Assembly (NCBI GenBank): GCA_964016885.1
Contig: OZ024740.1
Span: forward strand, 430,776,001-430,840,000
Direction of reading: 5' to 3'
Source: Eledone cirrhosa
Lineage: Eukaryota
DNA: 64,000 nt
In this document: positions 13,498 to 25,980 of the stretch, piece by piece
How positions within the stretch are numbered: position 1 is the stretch's first letter
Layout of the letters: every line of letters starts with the position of its first letter
Notes under the pieces: generated by a model
What the model was told of the DNA's origin: nothing
Databases searched by the model: none
The model's input: the letters and a program-made list of their open reading frames with translations, nothing else
Made by a program: the position numbers and the translations under genes

Positions 13498-15102
13498 TTA
13501 TACTTCTCTTAGGTCAGTGTTGTTTGTTTGGGTGTTGTTGTTGTTCCACTCATTCTTTCTGTTTAGCTTTGGTCTTCTAATTTCTATTTCACTGGCCTCT
13601 CTGATTTGCCTATCTGCTGGGTCATTCCTATGTTTAGATATTATTCTAATTTCTATGTTGTCTATGTTACCGTCATGTTGTTGTCTAGCATGTTCGTATA
13701 GTACTGACCCGTTTTTTCGTCCTTTTAGTTCCCCCCAGTGTTGGTCTATCCTTTCACCTATGCTACGAGCTGTCTCACCTATGTATGTTGTTGTCGTGTT
13801 TCTGCAAGTACCCTCTGTACATCTTATGCTATAGACTACGTTTCTAGTTTTACAGTTTATCCGGGGGTTCACCTTACATATGATACATTTCCTATTGGTA
13901 CAGTGGGTTTTCTTAAAAGGGTAGGTTTTGCTGATCAGGGATTTTATGGTGGTTCCTGGCTTTTCTACCACCTTTATTTTTAAGTGGGTCTTTCTCAGGG
14001 CCTTTCTACACTGGTTAGCTAATTTCCCTCCAGGGGTGGCGTCCACAAACATGACACTCTGATATCTCTGGTTGTCGTACCATGATGTGGCCTTCCCTAT
14101 CTTATGTCTAGCCCTATCTAAGCTATTCCATGATTTGCTCCTGTATAGTGGGCAAATTCCTTTCATCTCCAGTTCTATGAGGGTCTTATACTTTTCCATG
14201 GCTCCTTCGTATACTCTGACTCTGTCTCTTTGGTTGTAGCCAGAGAACTGCATGCGGTTGATGAAGTGTTGGATGTGTCCTTCCATTTCTGTTGGGTCGC
14301 ACATGCTGGACACATTCTTCATCACTCGTACCAAATCTGCGATCAGAATATTAAACTTAGCACTACTGGACATTGCTGAGTTTTTGAGTATCAGGTATTT
14401 GGAGGCCATGGGTTTAGCATAGTGTGAGTGGAGAATTTGGGCTCTCTCGTCTATAGTGTTAATCCAGAGTTCTGTGTCTAATACAGGTAGTCTATTGTTA
14501 GGGTGTTTGGAAGGGAAGTCTATAGTTACAGTTATACTCTGGTGTATGGAATTAGCTATCTGCTGGATGCTTTCCATCGTGCTACGTTCTAAATCAAACT
14601 TGTTAGTGCTCTCTAGTGGGGGTGTTCTTATAGCTATATTGATATCGTCTACATAACGAGAGTACATGATGAGGTCTATGGAGCTTTCATTAAGGAGATC
14701 TTTAAGTCTCCTTTCCCACCATACCATGAAAAGGTTGGCAACATCACCAGCTATGCTGACGCCGATGGCTGCTCCCTCATTTTGGGTGTAGATTTTCTCA
14801 TTGAACTTAAATATGTGGCCCTTTAGGGTAGTTTTGATACTAGCCCCTATTGCATGTGCGACCATTTTTTTTTTTTTTTTTCTTACCTGATCAGTGTTTT
14901 GGGGGGTCCGTATAGCTTTGGTCCACCCAATCCACCTTCCTATGGGAGTCTTTTTAGCCATTGAGGTTATGGTGGGGGGTCTACCTCTTATAGGTCTACT
15001 AGGGCAGAAACATCTAAGGTCATGGCTGTCTAGGTAGTCAGTGTCGTAGGTAAGTCTAAGTAGGAGGCCCAGTTCGTCTGTGTCGACGTCGCAGAACTCC
15101 AC
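13498..15102 (-). CDS. PLE reverse transcriptase + GIY-YIG endonuclease (N-terminally truncated, frame open)
   Basis: Motifs YTQNEGAAIGVSIAGDVANLFM, YSRYVDDI, LPVLDT, Cys linker CTNRKCIIC, and EN NVVYSIRC...C...YIGETARSIGERIDQH...H...RQIREA...PKLNRKNEW. Confidence 0.88.
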   Translation of the reverse strand: MEFCDVDTDELGLLLRLTYDTDYLDSHDLRCFCPSRPIRGRPPTITSMAKKTPIGRWIGWTKAIRTPQNTDQVRKKKKKMVAHAIGASIKTTLKGHIFKFNEKIYTQNEGAAIGVSIAGDVANLFMVWWERRLKDLLNESSIDLIMYSRYVDDINIAIRTPPLESTNKFDLERSTMESIQQIANSIHQSITVTIDFPSKHPNNRLPVLDTELWINTIDERAQILHSHYAKPMASKYLILKNSAMSSSAKFNILIADLVRVMKNVSSMCDPTEMEGHIQHFINRMQFSGYNQRDRVRVYEGAMEKYKTLIELEMKGICPLYRSKSWNSLDRARHKIGKATSWYDNQRYQSVMFVDATPGGKLANQCRKALRKTHLKIKVVEKPGTTIKSLISKTYPFKKTHCTNRKCIICKVNPRINCKTRNVVYSIRCTEGTCRNTTTTYIGETARSIGERIDQHWGELKGRKNGSVLYEHARQQHDGNIDNIEIRIISKHRNDPADRQIREASEIEIRRPKLNRKNEWNNNNTQTNNTDLREV

Positions 15103-15460
15103 CTCTGTGAAATAGAAATTAGAAGACCAAAGCTAAACAGAAAGAATGAGTGGAACAACAACAACACCCAAACAAACAACACTGACCTAAGAGAAGTATA
15201 AATAAATAAGTAAATTAAATAAAATAAAATAAGATAAATAAATACATACACAAGCACATAAACACACACTAGTCACCCAGCAGACACAACACTATACACA
15301 CTAGTCACACATCACACATAACACTATACACACACGCAAACGCATGCGCAAAGAAGACAAAATAAAATAAGATAAACAAACAAGCAAATAAATAAATAAA
15401 TATATAGACAGACTGAACAAAAAAATGGCGTAGACATACAACACAACAGGAGGAACAATG

Positions 15461-15548
15461 AATATAACACCACTGACGATGTTGCAGATGTGCAACGAAA
15501 GATTTATGTAAATTATGTAAACTATATATATATGTGTTTGTCTATATT
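15461..15548 (+). ncRNA. Hammerhead-like core in pseudo-LTR (mirror copy at about 13151-13238 on the minus strand)
   Basis: CTGACGA(15473-15479)-T-GTTGCA GATG TGCAAC-GAAA(15497-15500) has both conserved boxes flanking a perfect 6-bp stem II. Stems I and III could not be assigned cleanly by eye. Confidence 0.55.
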
Positions 15549-15758
15549 GTATCTGTATTATTTTTGACCGCCGGTCAGTCAATGGCAACATTGAGGACCG
15601 AGTAAGTTAGATCGCAGATATATATATATAAAAGACAGCGAGAAGCGAAAACCAACCAAACAGTGAGTGTGTTCTGTTATTAATTCTGGCAATATTACGC
15701 AAATATGACCCTCCCCAAATATAACAATATATATACATATATATATATATATACATAC

Positions 15759-15809
<51 letters not shown>

Positions 15810-15834
15810 TATATACTTATATATATATATACAC

Positions 15835-15869
<35 letters not shown>

Positions 15870-15877
15870 CACAAAGC

Positions 15878-16132
15878 AAAGCATAAACGAACTAAGGAAA
15901 AAATTAGAAATAAGAGGGATCAGATGTTGTTTACTCGAGAGAAGGCTACGTTGGTATGGTCACGTGATGCGCATGAAGGACGATAGCTGTATAACAAAGT
16001 GCAGGGCAATAAAGATAGACGGTAGCCACGGAATAGGCAGACCCAGAAAAACCTGGGACGAGCTGATAAATTCCGACCTCACACACTTACACCTCACCAA
16101 GACAATGTCTTGGACCGAGACCTTTGGCGGTA
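15878..16132 (+). mobile_element. Internal 3'-region fragment of RTE family A
   Basis: Nearly identical to 39280-39530 and to the reverse complement of 10995-11246. Confidence 0.88.
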
Positions 16133-16158
16133 AAAAATATTAATTAAAATTAATACAG

Positions 16159-16862
16159 TTGCCAATATGGGTTTGTTTTTATTGATTTATTATTTTAAAT
16201 TGAGACAGGCAAACACTATTAATTTTAATTAATATTTTTCAATCTAGCTAACTTGGTAATTTGCAATACAAGCACTTATATAATTGTATTAGTGTTTATC
16301 ATATATTAATTTATATTAATTTATATTTCACGGCTCAGAAATATCTCTTTCTTTGAGCTATTTAATTGTAAAAGACTGTTTGAGTTTATAACTCTATATA
16401 TAGTATCAACTGCTCCTTTTGTTGAGCTAAATTTTAGTCCCATAAAAACGGCTGTTATTTCTAGCGGCACGAGTATAGGACTGGCCAGGCGCTGAGAAAC
16501 CATGTGCGTTCAACACTTCTCTATCAGTCCTCCTAAGTATTTTGAGGTGAAACATACTAATTTCTGGATACCTGCCGAAGAGCACAGAAATGAAATTTTC
16601 ACTTATCGTTGCAAAACGGATTTGAGTTTTGAAATTTAGATTTGTCTGCGGAACAGATTTGGGTTTTGAAATTTAAATTTGTCCAGGTATCATGGCTATT
16701 GCCAATATGGGTTTGTTTTTATTGATTTATTATTTTAAATCGAGACAGGTAAACTGTATTAATTTTAATTAATATTTTTCAATCTAGCTAACTTGGTCAT
16801 TTGCAATACAAGCACTTATATAATTGTATTAGTGTTTATCATATATTAATTTATATTAATTT
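16159..16862. repeat. Direct repeat pair of about 164 bp (16159-16322, 16699-16862) around a unique 376-bp core
   Basis: TTGCCAATATGGGTTTGTTTTTATTGATT...ATATATTAATTTATATTAATTT occurs twice, 540 bp apart, with few mismatches. Confidence 0.85.
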
Positions 16863-16958
16863 GTATATGTATGTATATATATAATATATATATATATGTA
16901 TGCATTGTATATATTATAATATTTATGTATGTATTGTATATATTATAATATTTATGTA

Positions 16959-17002
<44 letters not shown>

Positions 17003-17014
17003 TATATATATATG

Positions 17015-17103
<89 letters not shown>

Positions 17104-17122
17104 ATATATATATATATGTATG

Positions 17123-17158
<36 letters not shown>

Positions 17159-17205
17159 CACACATAGTATATATATATATATATATATATACATACACAC
17201 ACATA

Positions 17206-17246
<41 letters not shown>

Positions 17247-17281
17247 CACACATAGTATATATATATATACATACACACATA

Positions 17282-17326
<45 letters not shown>

Positions 17327-17382
17327 CACACATAGTATATATATATATATTTATACATACACACAGTATATATATATATATA
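16863..17382. repeat. (TA)n compound microsatellite
   Basis: Directly visible. Confidence 0.97.
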
Positions 17383-17635
17383 CTATTATTCTGTAAGCTA
17401 ATAATAGATCAACAATATTTCCTAATTTAGCTGTTATGTTATTTACTACAACATTCTCTTTGTTTCAAATCCACTTTTAACATTTATTTAATAGTTAAGT
17501 TTATTTCCTTTATTTCCAAAGTGATTAAGTAAAGATGTTTCAAATATCTACCCTTGTTAAATTTTATTTCCTTTCTTTTGGTTCCTTTTTTCATTTCTGC
17601 TTCATAATTTAATTTAAAAAATATTTTTCATTTTT

Positions 17636-18122
17636 AATATAATGAAACTTCGTGTACAGTACTTAGGTGCACTACAACTCATCAAAGGTGCATCTATAGT
17701 ACATAGAATAATTGTTTTCTGCTTTTGACACAAGGCTAGCAATTACCCAGTGCATTACTGGTACTTTATTTTGTCAAGCCCTTAAGGATGAAAGGCAAAG
17801 TTTACCTCGGCGGGATTTGAATTATAATGAAACTTATTGTGTACAGTGCTCAGGCACACTACAACTCATCAAAGGTGCATGTATAGTACATAGAATAATG
17901 TACAAATGTCAGGAAAGTGAACAGTGTATGAGTCATGATATACACACAGATACTCATACACAAAAACGTGCAAGTGTATAGAGGAGGATTACCAGGTGTA
18001 TATCATGACTCATACACTGTTCACTTTCCTGACATATGTACATTATTCTATTTACTATACATGCACTTTTGATGATTTGTAGTGCACCTGAGCACTACAC
18101 AATAATTTTTATTATTATTATT
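17636..18122. mobile_element. Cluster of CR1-type 3'-tail fragments (17636-17712 minus, 17821-17945 minus, 17996-18122 plus) and a SINE fragment (about 17713-17820 minus)
   Basis: All three tails match 34910-35043 (...GATGAGTTGTAGTGCACCTGAGCACT...(ATT)n). The SINE piece GGATGAAAGGCAAAGTTTACCTCGGCGGGATTTGA matches 34105-34140. Confidence 0.7.
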
Positions 18123-18149
18123 GACAATAGATCTTTGAAAAAAGTGGAA

Positions 18150-19480
18150 TAAAACTAATGGACTAAGTTATGAAAGTGTTGGAAAGAGTTCTAGCACAAC
18201 TAATTTGGGGAAAAGTCTAATTAGATGAGATGCAGTTTGGTTTTGTCCCAGGGAAAAGTACCACAGATGCCCTATTCTTAGACAACTACAAGAGAAGTTC
18301 CTAGCTAAAAATAAGCCTCTATATTTAGCTTTTGTTGATCTAGAGAATGCCTTTGACAGAGTACCTTAATCTGTTATTTGGTGGTCCTTAAGGAAACTAG
18401 ATGTAGAAGAATAGCTTATGAGAGCAGTGCAAGTCATGTACAGAGGAGCTGCCAGTAATGTGAGAGAAGGAAAGGAGTTTAGTGAGGAATTCAAGGTACA
18501 GGTAGGTGTTCAGCAGGGTTTAGTCCTCAGTCCATTTCAATTTATTATAGTTTTCCAGGCAATAACAGAGGCATTTAAGACTGGCTGTCCATGGGAACTT
18601 CTTTATGCTGATGATATGGTTCTTATAGCTGAGTCTAGGGAAGAACTAAAGAATAGGTTCCAAGTGTAGGTACAGAATTTAGAATAAAAAAGGCTGAGAG
18701 CAAAAACTAAAGTGTTAGTAAGGCGGAAAGAAGACAGAACCCTGATCTCATCAGGGAAATGGCCCTGTTTGATATGTAGTAAAGGAGTAGGCAGAGACTT
18801 TATACAATAAACACAATGCAAATCTAGGGTACATGAGGTGTAGTGGGATAGCAGGCAGACTAACAGGAAAGAAAGACTTTGTTGGTAATAGATGTACTAA
18901 TTGATAGTAAGAGGGTTAGAGATATAAACCTTTTCTAATCCAATGAAGTATCCATAGAAGTGGTTGATAGCTTCTACTACCTAAGTGATCTAATTAATAG
19001 TGGAGCATAATAGATAGAATAAGGACAGGATGGAATAATTTCAGGGAGCTGTTCCCTCTGCTGCCAACAAAAGGTTTCTTCATAAAAGGTTTCTTCTACA
19101 GGCTGGATGTGGGATCATGTATGGTAGAGAAATAGGGAGAGTGGATGCAGAAGACATGCAAAGGCTGGAGAGAAATAAAGCAACCATGTTTTGATGGAGG
19201 TGCAATGTTAATGTGTGAGAAGGACAAAGCATGGATAAATTAAGAGAAAAACTGGTTTTAAGAAGAATCAGATGTCGTGTGTGAGAGAGAAGAGTGCACT
19301 GGTATATGTGATGGCAAGAAGCTGTGGGAGAGGAAGACCTGGGCTGAGGTGGAGAGAACTGATCTACAATTACTGAAGCCTACAGGGGAGAAGTCAAAGG
19401 AATCATCAGAAGTGGAGAGATCTGCGGAAACTGATCCGTCCAGCCCATGCAAGTGTGGAAATATGGACAAAAATGATGAC
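18150..19480 (+). mobile_element. Old degraded RTE LINE (family A-related), many stops
   Basis: Residual motifs [41 protein letters not shown] and GKWPCLIC, with a decayed (GAT) tail near 19474. Confidence 0.85.
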
Positions 19481-19502
19481 CATTACACAAATATTTTATA
19501 TT

Positions 19503-22500
19503 ATATAGTGGTATAACTACCAATATATAATGGTGTAATTAGCAATATACAGTGGTGTAAATAGCAATATGTAGTGCTGTAACTACCAATATACAGTGGT
19601 ATAACTACCAATATACAGTGGTGTAACTACCCATATACAGTGGTATAAGTACCAATATATAGTGGTTTAACTACCAATATACAGTGGTATAACTACCAAT
19701 ATATAGTGGTGTAACTACCAATATATAGTGGTATAACTACCAATATATAGTGGTATAACTACCAATATATAGTGGTGTAACTACCAATATATAGTGGTAT
19801 AACTACCAATATACAGTGGTGTAACTATCAATATACAGTGGTATAACTACTAATATACAGTGGTATAACTACCAATATACAGTGGTATAACTACCAATAT
19901 ATAGTGGTGTAACTACCAATGTATAGTGGTATAACTACTAATATATAGTGGTATAACTACCAATATACAGTGGTGTAACTACTAATATACAGTGGTATAA
20001 CTACCAATATACAGTGGTGTGTAACTACTAATATACAGTGGTGTAACTACTAATATACAGTAGTATAACTACCAATATATAATGGTGTAACTACCAATAT
20101 ACAGTGGTATAACTATCAATATACAGTGGTATAACTACCAATATACAGTGGTGTGACTACTAATATACAGTGGTATAAGTAACAATATACAGTGGTGTAA
20201 TTACCAATATACAGTGGTGTAACTACCAATATACAGTGGTGTAACTAGCAATATATAGTGGTGTAACTACTAATATATAGTGGTGTAACTATCAATATAC
20301 AGTGGTATAACTACCAATATACAGTGGTGTAATGACTAATATACAGTGGTGTAACTACCAATATATAGTGGTATAACTACCAGTATATAGTGGTATAACT
20401 ACCAATATACAGTGGTGTAACTACCAATATACAGTGGTATAACTACCAATATACAGTGGTGTAACTACCAATATACAGTGGTGTAACTACTAATATACAG
20501 TGGTATAACTACCAATATACAATGGTGTAACTACCAATATACAGTGGTGTAACTACCAATATACAGTGGTGTAACTACCAATATACAGTGGTGTAACTAC
20601 CAATATACAGTGGTGTAACTACCAATATACAGTGGTGTAACTACTAATATACAGTGGTATAACTACCAATATACAGTGGTGTAACTACCGATATAAAGTG
20701 GTATAACTACCAATATATAGTGGTATAACTACCAATATACAATGGTATAACTACCAATATGAAGTGGTATAACTACCAATATACAGTGGTATAACTACTA
20801 ATATACAGTGGTATAACTACCAATATACAGTGGAATAACTACCAATATACAGTGGTGTAACTACTAATATACAATGGTGTAACTACCAATATATACTGGT
20901 ATACCTACCAATATACAGTGGTATAACTACCAATATACAGTGGTATAACTAGCAATATACAGTGGTATAACTACTAATATACAGTAGTGTAAGTACCAAT
21001 ATACAGTGGTGTAACTACCGATATAAAGTGGTATAACTACCAATATAGAGTGGTGTAACTACTAATATACAATGGTATAACTACCAATATACAGTGGTAT
21101 AACTTCCAATATACAGTGGTATAACTAGAAATATACAGTGGTATAACTACCAATATATAGTGGTATAACTACCAATATACAGTGGTATAACTACCAATAT
21201 AGAGTGGTGTAACTACTAATATACAATGGTATAACTACCAATATACAGTGGTATGACTACCAATATACAGTAGTATAACTACCAATATACAATGGTGTAA
21301 CTACCAATATACAGTGGTGTAACTACCAATATACAGTGGTATAACTACCAATATATAGTGGTATAACTACTAATATATAGTGGTATAACTACCAATATAC
21401 AGTGGTATAACTACTAATAGACAGTGGTGTAAGTACCAATATAGAGTGGTATAACTACCAATATACAGTGGAATAACTACCAATATACAGTGGTGTAACT
21501 GCCGATATAAGGTGGTATAACTAGCAATAGAGAGTGGTGTAACTACTAATATACAGTGGTGTAACTACCAATATACAATGTAGTAACTACTAATATACAG
21601 TGGTATAACTACGAATATACAGTGGTATAACTTCCAATATACAGTGGTATAACTAGCAATATATAGTGGTATAACTACTATTATACAGTGGTATAACTAC
21701 CAATATATAGTGGTGTAACTACCAATATACAGTGGTATAACTACCAATATACAGTGGTGTAACTACTAATATACAGCGGTATAACTACCAATATACAGTG
21801 GTGTAACTACTAATATACAGTCGTATAAGTACCAATATACAGTGGTGTAACTACCATTATACAGTGGTATAACTACAAATATATAGTGGTATAACTACTA
21901 ATATACGATGGTATAACTCCCATTATAAAGTGGTGTAACTACCAATATGCAGTGGTATAAGTACCAATATACAGTGGTGTAACTACTAATATACAGTGGT
22001 ATAAGTACCAATATACAGTGGTGTAACTACCAATATACAATGTAGTAACTACTTATATACAGTGGTATAACTACCAATATACAGTGGTATAACTACTAAT
22101 ATACAGTGGTGTAACTACTAATATACAGTGGTATAACTACCAATATACAGTGGTTAAACTACCAATATACAGTGGTATAACTACCAATATACAGTGGTGT
22201 AACTACTAATATACAGTGGTATAACTACCAATATACAGTGGTGTAACTACCAATATACAGTGGTATAACTACCAATATACAATGGTATAACTACCATATA
22301 TAATGGTATAACTACCAATATAGAGTGGTATAACTACCAATATACAGTGATGTAACTACCAATAGACAGTGGTATAACTACCAATATATAGTGGTGTAAC
22401 TACCAATATACAGTGGTATAACTACCAATATACAGTGGTATAACTACCAATATACAGTAGTATAACTACCAATATAAAATGGTGTAACTACCAATATACA

Positions 22501-25500
22501 GTGGTGTAAATATCAATATATAGTGGTGTAACTAGCAATATACAGTGGCATAACTACTAATATACAGTGGTATAACTACCAACATACAGTGGTGTAACTA
22601 CCAATATACAATAGTATAAATACCAATATACAGTGGTATAACTACCAATATACAGTGGTGTAACTACCGATATAAAGTGGTATAACTACCAATATAGAGT
22701 GGTATAACTACTAATATACAGTGGTGTAACTACCAATATGCAGTGGTATAACTACCAATATACATTGGTGTAACTACTAATATACAGCGGTGTAACTACC
22801 AATATACAATGTAGTAACTACTAATATACAGTGGTATAAGTACCAATATAGAGTGGTATAACTACTATTATACAGTGGTATAACTACCAATATATAGTGG
22901 TGTAACTAGCAATATGCAGTGGTGTAACTACCAATATACAGTGGTATAACTACTAATATACAGTGGTGTAACTAACAATATATAGTGGTATAACTACTAT
23001 TATACAGTGGTATAGCTAACAATATATAGTGGTATAAATACTATTATACAGTGGTATAACTACCAATATATATTGGTGTAACTACCAATATAAAGAGGTG
23101 TAACTAGGAATATGCAGTGGTATAACTACCAATATACTGTGGTATAACTACCAATATATAGTGGTGTAACTACCAATATACAGTGGTGTAACTACCAATA
23201 TACAGTGGTATAACTACTAATATACAATGGTGTAACTACTAATATACAGTGGTATAAATACCAATATATAATGGTGTAACTACCAATATACAGTGGCATA
23301 ACTATCAACATACAGTGGTATAACTAACAATATACAGTGGTGTAACTACTAATATACAGTGGTATAAGTACCAATATACAGTGGTGTAACTAGCAATATA
23401 CAGTGGTATAACTACCAATATACAATGGTGTAACTACTAATACATAGTGGTATATCTACCAATATATAGTGGTATAACTGCCAATATATAGTGGTATAAC
23501 TACCAATATATAGTGGTATAACTACTAATATACAATGGTATAACTACCATTATACAGTGGTGTAACTAACAATATACAGTGGTGTAACTACTAATATACA
23601 ATGGTATAACTACCATTATACAGTGGTATAACTACTAATATACAGTGGTATGACTACCAATAAATAGTGGTATAACTACCAATATACAGTGGAATAACTA
23701 CCAATATACAGTGGTGTAACTACCAATATACAGTGGTATAACTACCAATATATGGTGGTATAACTAGCAATATACAGTGGTGTTACTACCAATATACAGT
23801 GGTATAACTACCAATATACAGTGGTATAACTACCAATATATAGTGGTATAACTACCAATATGCAGTGGTATAACTATCAATATACAGTGGTGTAACTACC
23901 AATATATAGTGGTGTAACTAGCAATATATAGTGGTATAACTACTATTATACAGTGGTATAACTACCAATATATAGTGGTATAACTACCAATATGCAGTGG
24001 TATAACTATCAATATACAGTGGTGTAACTACCAATATACAGTGGTGTAACTACCAATATACAGTGGTGTAACTACCAATATAGAGTGGTGTAACTAGCAA
24101 TATATAGTGGTATAACTACTATTATACAGTGGTATAACTACCAATATATAGTGGTGTAACTAGCAATATATAGTGGTGTAACTACCAATATGCAGTGGTA
24201 TAACTACCAATATACAGTGGTGTAACTACCAATATACAGTTGTGTAACTACCAATGTATAGTGGTATAACTACTAATATACAGTGGTATAAGTACCAATA
24301 TACAGTGGTGTAACTACTAATACATAGTGGTATAACTACCATATATAATGGTATAACTACCAATATAGTGTGGTATAACTACCAATATACATTAGTATAA
24401 CTACCAATATATAGTGGTGTAACTACCAATATACAATGGTGTAACTACTAATATACAGTGGTATAAGTACCAATATACAGTGGTGTAACTAGCAATATAC
24501 AGTTGTGTAACTACCATTATACAGTGGTATAACTACCAATATATAGTGGTATAACTACCAATATATAGTGGTATAACTACTAATATACAGTGGTATAACT
24601 ACCATTATACAGTGGTGTAACTACCATTATATAGTGGTATAAGTACCAATATACAGTGGTGTAACTACTAATACATAGTGGTATATCTACCAATATGCAG
24701 TGGTATAACTATCAATATACAGTGGTGTAACTACCAATATACAGTGGTGTAACTACTAATATACAGTGGCATAACTACCCATATACAGTGGTATAACTAC
24801 CAATATACAGTAGTATAACTACCAATATACAGTGCTATAACTACCAATATACAGTGGTGTAACTACCTATACACAGTGGTGTAAATACCAGTATATAGTG
24901 ATATAACTACCAATATACAGTGGTATAACTACCAATATACAGTGGTGTAACTACCAATATACAGTGGTGTAACTACCAATATATAGTGGTATAACTACCA
25001 ATATACAGTGGTGTAACTACCAATATAAAGAGGTGTAACTACCAATATACAGTGGTATAACTACCAATATACAGTGGTGTAACTACCAATATACAATGGT
25101 GTAACTACCAATATACAGTGGTGTAACTAGCAATATATAGTGGTATAACTACTATTATACAGTGGTATAACTACCAATATACAGTGGTGTAACTACCAAT
25201 ATGCAGTGGTATAACTATCAATATACAGTGGTATAACTACCAATATATAGTGGTGTAACTACTAATATACAGTGGTATAACTACTAATATACAGTGGTAT
25301 AACAACCCATATACAGTGGTGTAACTAGCAATATACAGTGGTGTAACTAGCAATATACTGTTGTGTAACTACCATTATACAGTGGTATAATTACCAATAT
25401 ATAGTGGTATAACTACCAATATACAGTGGTATAACTACTAATATATAGTGGTGTAACTAGCAATATACAGTGGTATTACTACTAATATACAGTGGTGTAA

Positions 25501-25980
25501 CTACTAATATACAGTAGTATAACTACCAATATACAGAGGTGTAACTACTAATATACAGTGGTATAACTAACAATATATTTATATAACTACCAATATACAG
25601 TGGTGTAACTACCAATATATAGTGGTATAACTACCAATATAGAGTGGTATAACTACCAATATACAATGGTGTAACTACTAATATACAGTGGTATATCTAC
25701 CAATATACAGTAGTATAACTACCAATATATAATGGTGTAACTACCAATATACAGTGGTATAACTATCAATATACAGTTGTATAACTACCAATATACAGTC
25801 GTGTAACTACTAATATACAGTGGTATAAGTACCAATATACAGTGGTGTAATTACCAATATACAGTGGTGTAACTACCATTATACAGTGGTGTAACTACTA
25901 GTATACAGTGGTATAACTACTAATATACAGTGGTATAACTACACATATACAGTGGTGTAACTACCAAGTTACAGTGCTAT
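19503..25980. repeat. 22-bp satellite, left block (about 295 monomers), consensus AACTACCAATATACAGTGGT(G/A)T
   Basis: Directly visible 22-bp period with scattered substitutions. Confidence 0.97.

Larger units (their letters stand above)
12911..15730 (-). mobile_element. Penelope-like element of a second clade (Nematis/Neptune-like) with 624-bp inverted pseudo-LTRs, 5'-truncated
   Basis: Contains the open 534-aa RT-EN ORF. Arms 12969-13592 and 15107-15730 are near-identical reverse complements, and the ORF track shows identical 96-aa mirror ORFs at 13108 and 15591. Flanked by (TA)n. Confidence 0.92.
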
